A DNA stretch of 59,417 nucleotides, counting the filler, from Squatina squatina (lineage: Eukaryota), in NCBI GenBank assembly GCA_031763465.1. It is 3 parts of 3 records of this genome, joined end to end, with 100 filler letters (N's around TTAATTAATTAA, not from the genome) between each part and the next. Parts side by side here need not be neighbours in the genome. Positions count along the whole stretch, not along the records: positions 1 to 18,241 come from JARFOE010000219.1; positions 18,342 to 46,138 come from JARFOE010000013.1; 1 more part is not named here. The stretch is one strand, 5' to 3'. The notes beneath the pieces were generated by a model. It did no database searches and was not told the origin of the DNA. It saw only the letters and a list, made by a program, of their open reading frames with translations. Each line of letters begins with the position of its first letter. The first letter of the stretch is position 1. The position numbers and the translations under genes are program-made. Shown piece by piece: positions 12,268 through 22,198 of the stretch.

Positions 12268-12834
12268 TAGAGTCTATGATGGTTATCATGGGAAGAAATC
12301 TTCATTGAGTTCTTATTTACATACCACATGAAAGGACAAATGGCATAAATAGTGGAGGCCACAGGACTATTCCTGGATTACATAGGTGTCCTTGCTTTGA
12401 TGTAAAGGCAGCCTCTTTGAATATCTGAAAGACGTCACAGCAAACAATATATTGATGACTCAGGAAATGGGTTTTACTCAGTGGCATTCACACTTCCCCA
12501 GTTGTAATGGTTCTTGACGTTTGAGCAGAGAGGAAATTACATTTTACATTTGCTCCATCACCCTAGGAGGGAGGCAAGTCAGAGATCAAAAAGAGCTCTC
12601 CAGCTGTGAGCCACATGAAATACATTAAGCTACAGAACAAAGTGTTCTCTCACAAGGTCCAATCTATTTTAATTCAAATTTGCAACATTTAAAACAAATC
12701 AGAATTAAAGGTCACCAAATCACTCCTAACTATTTATTAATTTTCTTTTACAACCTCTTCCTCCTCACTGTGTAAAGAGAGAAGGAAGGAAGTACTCAAA
12801 ATTGGAAAATGATCAAACTATCACTGTAACTTAC

Positions 12835-12961
12835 CTTTAATTTCCACTTCAGCATTGACAAGTGGGTGCAGGTTAGGTGAAGAAAATGCAGTAAAACTGC
12901 CAGCGTCTATTTTCGTCACCCGATTTCCTCTGTATAATTTATGTTGAAAATATAGACCAAC
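12835..12961 (-). CDS. ASPG: ASPG (asparaginase / 60 kDa lysophospholipase) internal exon, 127 nt
   Basis: AG/GT-bounded exon encoding VGLYFQHKLYRGNRVTKIDAGSFTAFSSPNLHPLVNAEVEIK, with the type I asparaginase RGNRxTKxD...F.SPN motif. It is in phase with the preceding exon. Confidence 0.92.
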
Positions 12962-13073
12962 CTGAATAATTAAACAAAGTCAGTAATGCAAATAAAATGG
13001 TCATAAATTGGCTGCTGAATTACCCTATCAAACAAGATCAGACCTCTGAATTCAATGGAGGCTGTAAACTTAC

Positions 13074-13157
13074 CTCTGGTATTACAAACAGACCGGCGAC
13101 CAGCAGTGCCCCAAGCAAGTTATCATGGCCGTCATTTCTCATCTCGTAGATGGGAAC
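13074..13157 (-). CDS. ASPG: ASPG internal exon, 84 nt
   Basis: CAG|...|GTAAGT exon encoding [28 protein letters not shown] (human, as recalled: [28 protein letters not shown]). A 112-nt intron leads to the next exon. Confidence 0.92.
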
Positions 13158-13629
13158 CTGGAAGAACAGAGGCAGTTATAATATCCAATTTGGCAAGGCA
13201 GAAAGTACGCAAGAGACAGTACAGTACCAGATTTATTGGTTAGTGATTATGGAGTAAACGGAATGGCTGCTTTGCATTTTTTTGTTACACGACATAACCC
13301 TCTATTTCCTTCCAACCCACCCAAAAAATGTTACTATCTCCTGAGTTTTCTCGTTGTGCCAAACCACACAATGCCANNNNNNNNNNNNNNNNNNNNNNNN
13401 NNNNNNNNNNNNNNNNNNNNNNNNNNNNNNNNNNNNNNNNNNNNNNNNNNNNNNNNNNNNNNNNNNNNNNNNNNNNCTGCTGAGTTTTTTTTCCCCCCAG
13501 CATTCTGTTTAAATTTTAGATTCCAGCATCCACAGTATTTCGCTTTTGTTTCACCTATCGTTAAATTGGAATTGTGTCAGTTTGTACATTACTTCATAGC
13601 CAAATAGTATCAACTTGCAATCGCCAAAC

Positions 13630-13887
13630 CTTTGATTCATACGTCTCCTCAGCCGGTTCAGCAAAACCTTCACTAATGAGGATTTCTCGCACATTACTAT
13701 CAACCTTTGAAGTCTGTATGCTAAGGTCTACACGCAGCATGTTGTGCACAATGGAGAACACTTTCACAAGGAGCACACAGTTTTTCACCAGGGAGGTGAA
13801 TCTTCTCCTGGCCTTGGCACTCCACTGATCTCCAGATATGACAGAATATGCAGAAGGACGCATGTTGCAAATTTGGCACTGAAGAGC
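13630..13887 (-). CDS. TDRD9: TDRD9 exon (post-Tudor region), 258 nt
   Basis: AG/GT-bounded, 86 codons ALQCQICNMRPSAYSVISGDQWS...LLVKVFSIVHNMLRVD...EETYESK, matching TDRD9 ALEFKICKMRPSA...LLVKVFSVVHSVLHVD...EESYESK. Confidence 0.93.
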
Positions 13888-15452
13888 CTGAACATAACAG
13901 AAAATCAGTCTCATGTTATTAGAATACAAGGTTTCTACCACGACTGAATATAATTTGTAATAAACTAGTAGCACCATCTTACAGGTGATGTGACAGAACA
14001 AGTTAGTGACTTAATCAATCACATCACTCTATGAAATACATGAAAGCTTGTTTCTAATTTAAGGAAACTTTGGCTGTAAACGTGACTTTTGCCACAAAAT
14101 TCACTTTTAAAAGAAAAGAAAACCATTAGAAAGTGGCAAAGTTAAAAATGATCAGGATTGAACAGAGGGATCCCTGGCCTGGAAACATCAAGAAGCTGGG
14201 ATTTCTGAAAGACTGAGGCTGGGAATGACTACTCTGATCTGAAGCCAAGTCACTGGGAAATTTTAAAGTAGAGATTTGAAGAGTTTTTTTTAAAAATCAG
14301 TTACATTCATTGTACGGCCTCATACTCAAGCGTCCTTTAGTTACTTTGGCAATATTTTAGCACTATTTTGTCTCCAAATTACAAACAAAAAGAACCATTT
14401 AACAAAATGCCCCAAATGAGTTACTGTAAAGTGATAATATGTATAGAAGGTAACTAGAAAAAACAGTAAAGCCAAAAGGTCATACTCCTTTAACCCTCCT
14501 CCAGCACCACTCAACAATTCTCTCCAAAATATGCAAGTCCAGAATTGGATGCTGGAAATGAAGTGGGAATCCTCGCTTACTCTCCCNNNNNNNNNNNNNN
14601 NNNNNNNNNNNNNNNNNNNNNNNNNNNNNNNNNNNNNNNNNNNNNNNNNNNNNNNNNNNNNNNNNNNNNNNNNNNNNNTTACGTAGTTCCAGGAAATTCG
14701 CCTTGATTTCTGAACTCTACTGCACATGAGCGTGTTCAATGTTAAGAATCGCTAACTGGGCATTCTCTGTATATTGTTTGGACCAAGGTTACAGCAAAGA
14801 GGAACAGCAAGATGTTATTAATACAGAGACAGTAAGAGTCTGTTTTGTAACAGACAGTAACATTCCATTCCATATAATCTATTTAACAATAGCGAATGTA
14901 AGATTCCATTTAAAACTGAACATGGGGACAAGAACTTAAAGAATGTCACCATTAAAATATTGATGATCTTTGGAATTTTGACTTTTTTTAGGAGTGAGTG
15001 TAGCTACAGTTTTGGTTATTTTTATTTGTATTCCCTAGAGCCTTGACTGCTGATTTTGCCTGCAACTTGCTAGATAGCTGCTACATAACTCCCCATCAGA
15101 TTCTGAACCAGATTCATTAGCGTTTAATTAATGAGCCTGCTACAAACTGCTGGATAAGAGGAACTAACATTTTCAAATGGCGACCTGAATTTATTCGTTA
15201 ACAGTCAAGGTGTGAATTGGAAATCTGCATTTGTTTGAAAAGTACAAAAAAATCCTTGCTATATTAGCAGAAGTTCTCTTGGTAAAATGTGATATGTCAA
15301 CAGTTTAATGCTTTAATCTTTGACTGCATCTGAGCTCTGATGTGTGCACTGTCAAAAAGCACAATGTGTTTTTAAGATATGTTTTAATGCTACATCTCAA
15401 CCTTATTAAGAGGTGTTGCTAAATATGGCCCATTAGTGGGTAATTTCTCAAC

Positions 15453-15620
15453 TTAAATTGCCTTTGAGAAGGTGGTGGTGAGCCACTTTTGAACCACTGC
15501 AGTCCATAGTGCTGTTAGGTTAGGATTTGTACCCAGTGACGACGAAAGATCAGCGATATATTTCCAAATCAGGACAGTGTGCGACTTGGAAGGGAACTTA
15601 GAGATGGTGGTGCTTCCATC
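15453..15620 (-). mobile_element. HER1-like LINE 3' fragment
   Basis: TTGCCTTTGAGAAGGTGGTGGTGAGCC...ATATATTTCCAAATCAGGACAGTGTGCGACTTGGAAGGGAAC, homologous to 35430-35797. Confidence 0.6.
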
Positions 15621-15823
15621 TATAAATTTTCTGTTGTGCATTTAGGATGAAATTTGAAACCTTCATCAAAATAACTGAACAATCTCAGTTAAAGATGAGC
15701 CAATTATTAAGATGAAATGTAAATTTATATAAAAGGAACTGTGGATAGATGTTGTAATCCTCGCTTTCAGTTACATTCTCAACAAAAAAAAGACATTAAA
15801 TTAATCTGCTGTGGCACTTATAC

Positions 15824-15913
15824 CTGAAAAGGCAGCTCCAGAAGATTATGTGGAATATTCCGTAAGAGATCTGTAGCAACTCTTGCTGTATTTCCATAAT
15901 CCACAAAAAATAC
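15824..15913 (-). CDS. TDRD9: TDRD9 exon (Tudor domain), 90 nt
   Basis: AG/GT-bounded exon encoding VFFVDYGNTARVATDLLRNIPHNLLELPFQ, with the Tudor FVDYGN signature. Confidence 0.94.
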
Positions 15914-16387
15914 CTGTAAAATATTTCCAAAAACATGAGGTGTACTGTATTGCAAAAAAGGTACACATTATGACTGCTTAACTGGGAAAATGGTTTAAAA
16001 GTGACTCAGTTGGGCATCAGGCAGTAGAATATCCACTTTCCAGCCAATGAGGTTAGCCAACGTGATGGGCTGGATTCCCAGAACGATTTGTCACCCGCTG
16101 TGAATGAATGAGTTTCATTAGCTGACAATGCTAGTCATCCTATTAAGCAACTCTTGATCGATAAATTTTAACTTAGCCTTCAGCAAAGAAGTTTTTAAAA
16201 AGTGAGAATTACTCTTCCCTAATTGTCTGAAATACATACGTCATTTTCTGTATCTATAAAGAATATGCTACAATATTTATAGCAATTNNNNNNNNNNNNN
16301 NNNNNNNNNNNNNNNNNNNNNNNNNNNNNNNNNNNNNNNNNNNNNNNNNNNNNNNNNNNNNNNNNNNNNNNNNNNNNNNNNNNNNNN

Positions 16388-16501
16388 TTCCACAGTCAGT
16401 GGTGTCAACTTCAACTGATTAATTTGAGTCATCAGTTTGCTTAGAGTATGCAAGCTTTCCCCATCTGTTCTGTAACCCCAAAAGTGTCCAACTTCAACAA
16501 C
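16388..16501 (-). CDS. TDRD9: TDRD9 exon (extended Tudor N-part), truncated by a gap
   Basis: CAG acceptor followed by VVEVGHFWGYRTDGESLHTLSKLMTQINQLKLTPLTVE. The 3' end runs into Ns. Confidence 0.92.
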
Positions 16502-16939
16502 CTGAAGGGAAAAATATTTGAATCATTCATTAATATCTTAGCAAACAGTATTAACAGACAACTGACATCAAGTCAAACACTGAAGTTGCAATTATAATTA
16601 CAAGACATGTGGAATGCATCAAACTCAAGCTTGCAAATTATGATGGGATTTTAACTTTCTACTGGTTGGCAAAATGCTGGTGAATTGTAACTTTTCTAAG
16701 CAGTAGTCCAACAAGCGGCAATGTCACCAAGTTGTCTGCTTTAATGTAGCAAAAAAACAGTATGCATTTCAACCTGACTATTCTAATCATGCCATACTGT
16801 TGTAAGCTAAAACCATAAAAGTGTACAGCACAGAAGGCCAGTCAGCCCATTGTGTCTGTGCTAGTTCTTTGCTAGAGCAATCCAAAACTAATCTTATTGC
16901 CTCACATGCTCCCCATAGCCTTCTATCTGCTTCAAATAT

Positions 16940-17119
16940 TTATCCTTTGGAACAGAGAAGGCTGAGGGGAGATCTAATTGAGGTGCATAAAATTATGAGG
17001 GGTCTAGATAGAGAGGATATGAAGGACCTATTTCCTTTTCTATCCATGAGCAGAGGGGTCAATAATCAGGGGGTGTAGATTTAAAGTAAGTGGAGGAGGT
17101 TTAGAGGGGAAATTTTTTC
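16940..17119 (+). mobile_element. CR1 LINE ORF2 C-terminal fragment
   Basis: Encodes LEQRRLRGDLIEVHKIMRGLDRED, the typical CR1 C-terminal motif. Confidence 0.85.
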
Positions 17120-17219
17120 NNNNNNNNNNNNNNNNNNNNNNNNNNNNNNNNNNNNNNNNNNNNNNNNNNNNNNNNNNNNNNNNNNNNNNNNNNNNNNNNN
17201 NNNNNNNNNNNNNNNNNNN

Positions 17220-17312
17220 CACAGGCAAAGATGCCAATACTTTTCCTAAGAATGTCAGATCTCCATCATACGGGTTTCCTACTCCTTTCATTTCAATTGA
17301 AAGTGCTCCCAC
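17220..17312 (-). CDS. TDRD9: TDRD9 exon (HA2 region), truncated by a gap
   Basis: AAG acceptor followed by VGALSIEMKGVGNPYDGDLTFLGKVLASLPV (human ...NPHDGELTFLGRVLAQLPV). Confidence 0.92.
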
Positions 17313-17506
17313 CTTTATACATAAAAAGACAAAAAGCCATATTAGTGTTTTTTGCCACCTAAGGAAACACTGCAAATATACAGTGACTATTTTCTGTACG
17401 ATTTTTTAAAACTACTACACAAACCAAATCCTTTGTTAGAATTTTGGCATTTAGTGAAAAGATTCATGACAAAAGGTCAGTATTCAGGGACTGATCAGCT
17501 ACTTGC

Positions 17507-17638
17507 CTCTTTCAGTAGCAGGACTGTGCGTTCAATGTCTCGCAGATTAGGTGGAGATAAAGCAGAAGCCAACAAAGCTCTCGGTTCTCCCATATCCAGT
17601 AATTTGACTTTCAGTACAGTACTGCCCAATGGGCAGCG
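17507..17638 (-). CDS. TDRD9: TDRD9 exon, 132 nt, ending at a GC donor
   Basis: Encodes RCPLGSTVLKVKLLDMGEPRALLASALSPPNLRDIERTVLLLKE and is followed by GCAAGT. Confidence 0.94.
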
Positions 17639-18001
17639 CTAAGAAATTAACAGAGAAACACAAATGTTTAGGTTGTTTTTCTCTTTACCTAGATGTACAT
17701 TACAATTTAAATCAAAAATCATCTAGCGGCAAGAAATTTGTAGAGGATTTAGTAATAAATGTATAATTACAGAAATTTACACACTGCGTCTGACAGTCAT
17801 CTAATGCATTTCATGCAACAAGACTTCAGTCATCATGTAAAATTTCAAAATAAATTTGCTAAAAAATGAGCATTTAATGTGTTAAATAAGTCAATACTAC
17901 TCAGTGTTTAATAACTAAATAAAGCAAGAACACTCAAGTCAGTCTCATTTTAAAGTGAAAGCAGATATGCAGAACATGATTTTCTTGGAAGAGGATTTTA
18001 C

Positions 18002-18099
18002 CTGCATCTCTGGTACTGCATGATCAGGGATGCAGTGTGTCCAGAAATCATACGTCACTAATCGATAACAGTAACCTTTTGAAACACGACCAGCACGGC
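18002..18099 (-). CDS. TDRD9: TDRD9 exon (DExH helicase motif VI), 98 nt
   Basis: AG/GT-bounded exon encoding (G)RAGRVSKGYCYRLVTYDFWTHCIPDHAVPEMQ, containing GRAGR motif VI. Confidence 0.95.
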
Positions 18100-18241
18100 C
18101 TATTTGAGGTGTAAATGAAAACTTGCTTGAAAAATGAGAATGAAGCAATTTCTCTTTACAAAATCTGATAATGCGTTACAGCATTCAGTAATATAGTATT
18201 TCTACCAGTTTCATGCTGTATCCCATTCTTGATATCGTGTC

Positions 18242-18341
18242 NNNNNNNNNNNNNNNNNNNNNNNNNNNNNNNNNNNNNNNNNNNNTTAATTAATTAANNN
18301 NNNNNNNNNNNNNNNNNNNNNNNNNNNNNNNNNNNNNNNNN
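18242..18341. other. Artificial scaffold linker N44-TTAATTAATTAA-N44
   Basis: Exactly 100 nt. The central 12-mer (18286-18297) puts stops in all six frames. An identical linker lies at 46139-46238. Confidence 0.95.
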
Positions 18342-19720
18342 AGATGGCCATGTTAACCAGTCCCAGGTCATACCATCTACTGCCATTATGGTAGTACATT
18401 TATAAATATTTCCAAGAATGAAACAAGCTCTTTATTTGTAAATAAGTCATTGAACTAGTTTGTGCTGATCTCATTCAGGGCAGCAATTTGGACATTACAA
18501 CTGGCCTTGTTGCAGCTGGGTTGGTGAGTGGAAATGGATCAAGGTACCTGCTCCTGATAGCACACTTCCAAAAGGACTTGCAGGATGGCTATGTGGTTGT
18601 TGAGTGAGGTTAGGGTTGGGCTCAGCTGTGCTATTGTCCACTGTCAAATAGTCTGCCAAAGCGCTCATATAAATAATGGCCACTTGGCCAAAGTAAGAGA
18701 GCATAGTCAATACCAATAGTTATTAAGTGATGAGCCCCAGCCTGGAGTCAACACCTTCAAAGGAGGGGTGGCAAACTTAAAGAAAAATACATTTATTACA
18801 AACCTTGTCATTCAGTCGTGAAAAATCTGCATATCTCCTGAAAACCACCCAGTTTTCCTCTAGATGATTTTTCACAAGTATCTTGTAAACCTATAATTAA
18901 CAAGATGACAGAATATTATGCATGCAAGAATGCACCAAATTTGTAGGTTCAAAACAGTGTTCAATAATTTAACTGTTAAGTATCTAGATATTTGGTGAAA
19001 ACATGTTGATTTTATAGTTTCCAAATCATATCTGAAATAAAGATAGAAATTGAACTTCACCTTCACCGAAGAAAACATTTTCAATATCTTCTATGCGCTT
19101 TGTTAAACTGAAGAAACACAGCAGGAAAGGAATTGAACCAAGAGTTCCTGCTCTGCAAAGTGCACATCGGACATCTTCCCTTGCACTGGCTAGGGTGAAC
19201 TGAGTCATTTGGTTGATATACTATTCGTTATGGGGGAATACAGACATCCTCGCACATTTCGTTCAAAGAGGAATTTTATCTGTGTCGCATACTGAGATAC
19301 TGATTGCCAGACTGGCTCACTCTCATCTGCCCGACCCTCATCCGTTGCAACCAGATCAGGAATGAAATTCCAGACTTTTCTTCCTGCAGACAGTGCTCTA
19401 GCAGTGTGAGAGTTTGGATTCATTCCCTTACTGAGAATTATTCCCATTGATGATTGCATGATGATTCCGATCAATCCCCACACATCCAACCCCGCTTACA
19501 GCTGAGAATGAGCTCATTTACTAAGATGCTAGAAAACGATTCCACAGCAGATCTTTCAAACTTATATTACAAAGATAAAATTGTTGCTATTGAGGGGTGA
19601 AAATATACCAAATGTATTTTGCTAAACAATAGCCAAAGCTCATCCGTTATAAAGAAATGGATATATTTCAGTAAAGCAGTACAAATATATTACACATACA
19701 TAGATGCACACACTCATATA

Positions 19721-20060
19721 CAACAACAACTTGCATTTATGTAGCATCTTTAATGTAGTAAAACGTCCCAAGGTGCGATTATCTAACAAATTTTGACACT
19801 GAGCCACATAAGGAGATATTAGGACAGATAGGTTTTAAGAAGCGTCTGAAAGGAGGAACGAGAGAGGTAGATAGCTGGAGTGGTTTAGGCGGGGAATTCC
19901 AGGGCTGGAGGCCTCAGCAGCTGAAGGCACGGCCACCGATGGTTGGGTGATTATAGTCAGGGATGCTAAAGGGGGCAGAATTAGAGGAGCGCAGATATCT
20001 CGGGGGATTGTGGGGCTGGAGGAGATTACAGAGATAGGGAGGGGTGAGGCCATGGAGGGA
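19721..20060 (-). mobile_element. L2-type LINE 3' fragment
   Basis: CAACAACAACTTGCATTTATGTAGCATCTTTAATGTAGTAAAACGTCCCAAGG followed by a purine-rich body. Same family as 6931-7170. Confidence 0.72.
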
Positions 20061-21023
20061 NNNNNNNNNNNNNNNNNNNNNNNNNNNNNNNNNNNNNNNN
20101 NNNNNNNNNNNNNNNNNNNNNNNNNNNNNNNNNNNNNNNNNNNNNNNNNNNNNNNNNNNNCAAGCCGCATTCTGCCATGCGCTCCACTTATTTTGCCACT
20201 ATAGGCATTTTCAGTTGATGGCTACAAGTGAAAACCTTGCCTAAGTGTTCTTCTGATGGCAAGTGTGCCAGGCAACTTATATAGTAGTATTTGTGCCGTT
20301 AGAAGCAACTTCATGGTATAAATTGGGACAACAGTGTTAAGAGTTCAACATGATTTGCAGTTTCTCCCTTTTCTCAGAAAGAAGGAAACAAACATATGTA
20401 TTTCTATAGCACCTCATGTCCTCAGGACCTCCCAAAGTGTTTCACAGCTAATTAATTATTTTGAGCTCCTCTCAACCATTGGTTCAAAGCCTGAAACAAT
20501 CCAGAATTCCGAGAAGACAAACACGTCAAGACACAAATCTCTTTCAAAAACAAAGGTTCTGCACCCAACTCCCCATACTTGGCTCATCCTTTAATGCAAT
20601 GGTTTTCCATACCAACCATGGACAATCAAAGATTTGGAAATAGATAGCTGCACAAGCATTCAGCCTGCCTCTGCATACAGGAGTATTTTCAGCTACTATT
20701 TCTTTGATCCATTCCACTTACAGGTCAAGGTGGGTGGGGAGCCCTGGGGAACTGCTACGTATGAACAACCAACCAGAGGAAATAAGAGCAATGGTAATTA
20801 CTTCTGAAGCCACTCTATAGCAAAAACAAAACCAGCAGGTTTTACGAGTCAGCAGGAAAAGGGACAACAGTAACCCAATAAATCCATTGCCCAAAACTAT
20901 GGGATATTAAAGGTTAAGGTGAGTGAGGGGGAGAGTGGGAGTCGACTGGGTGNNNNNNNNNNNNNNNNNNNNNNNNNNNNNNNTAAAATCAGTACATATA
21001 TACAAAAGTCAAATGTAGCTTAC

Positions 21024-21410
21024 TGTGAATTTTGCCCTTTCTTCCATAACTTCATATCCCAACATAGTAGGTGTAGCAGGTCTCTCTTCCCAGCTTGCTG
21101 ATTCAGTCTCTTTCTCAGACTCCACAGGTCTGGAAGAGTATTCAATAGATGAGTTTGCACCATTGAGTTTTGTTCTTAGTAAAGGACTATTGTGTGTCAA
21201 ATTTGTGGAAGCTAGGTGCTCAGAGATAACTGTCTTTCTAAATCCACCAGAATGCAAATTGCCCACTTGACCTTTTGATGAATTTGAGCTGGTGGATACA
21301 CTGTCCAAAGACTGAAGTGAAGAACTCCTCCGACTTCTACCTGCAGCTGTTCCAGAAGAGGAAGAGGAATTCCCCACAGGAATGGGCACAGGGGCAAATG
21401 AAGTGGTCAT
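21024..21410 (-). CDS. SNX16: SNX16 (sorting nexin 16) first coding exon; the exon starts at 21486
   Basis: MTTSFAPVPIPVGNS...SVSTSSNSSKGQ...SPLLRTK...SSIEYS...WEERPATPTMLGYEVMEERAKFT matches the SNX16 N-terminus. Donor GTAAGC at 21023, acceptor AG at 21488-21487. Confidence 0.95.
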
Positions 21411-22125
21411 CCTTCTAACTGGCACGCTTGCTGGAACCAGTTTCTCCCTGCCAGTCATAAGAGGCAAATCACGTTTGCCTCTCAAACTACAAAATCAAGA
21501 AGAACAATGAACAATTCAATTTCGGAACCATATAAAAATATACATGCTGGTGGAACTATGCAGAAAAGTTCCTTACATTAAAAGTTATATAGTCATAATA
21601 AAGATCATATCATATTTTCAATAATGGTAAATACTTAGGATTAAAAAAATGGTATTTTGGCACTTTAGATATAGGAATAAGAATAAACTATTTACTCTAT
21701 AGCTAATGCTAGAGGTGGTGCAGAAGCCAGCATTATATTTATCCCTGGCATTAGACAAATGAGCACTAAGGAATGGACGGGGCCTTTAAGCTTCAAACAG
21801 CAATGTCTCAGAGGGTACAGAAGTATGTGATACTTAACAGAATAGAAAAGGTAAATCTGAAACAGTACATTTTGTTACACCCAAGCAGGACAAGGAGACA
21901 AATGTTCAAGGTTGTAAAGTGCAAGTTTAGAACAGATGCCAGGAAATATTACATAAAGAGCACTGCATTGCTTCAATAAGTTACTGGGAATGGTGGTTTA
22001 AAATCAGGACATCTGACTCATTTAAGAAACAACTAAATTATGTAAGTGGTAGGGTTGGTTGTCTATCTTGTGATATGTCAACAGTAAATCAGGTATTGTA
22101 GTTCACAAAAGTGGTGACTGAATTA

Positions 22126-22198
22126 ACATAGAAACATAGAAAATAGGTGCAGGAGTAGGCCATTAGGCCCTTCGAGCCTGCACCGCCATTCAATATGA
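22126..22198 (-). mobile_element. CR1 LINE 3' tail
   Basis: ACATAGAAACATAGAAAATAGGTGCAGGAGTAGGCCATTAGGCCCTTCGAGCCTGC. Related copies lie at 49683-49766 and 41049-41109. Confidence 0.75.

Noticed and set aside
12835-13887. Apparent TDRD9-ASPG fusion or overlap (exons less than 500 nt apart)
   Set aside because: A 100-N gap at about 13377-13476 separates them, and the intervening exons of both genes are simply missing.
18286-18297. TTAATTAATTAA as a homeodomain site or piggyBac TTAA footprint
   Set aside because: It is centred in exactly 44+44 Ns and repeated identically at 46183, so it is a synthetic linker.
19026-19489. Minus-strand ORFs (60 aa and 94 aa) with an acceptor-like site near 19110
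   Set aside because: No recognisable homology and no convincing donor.
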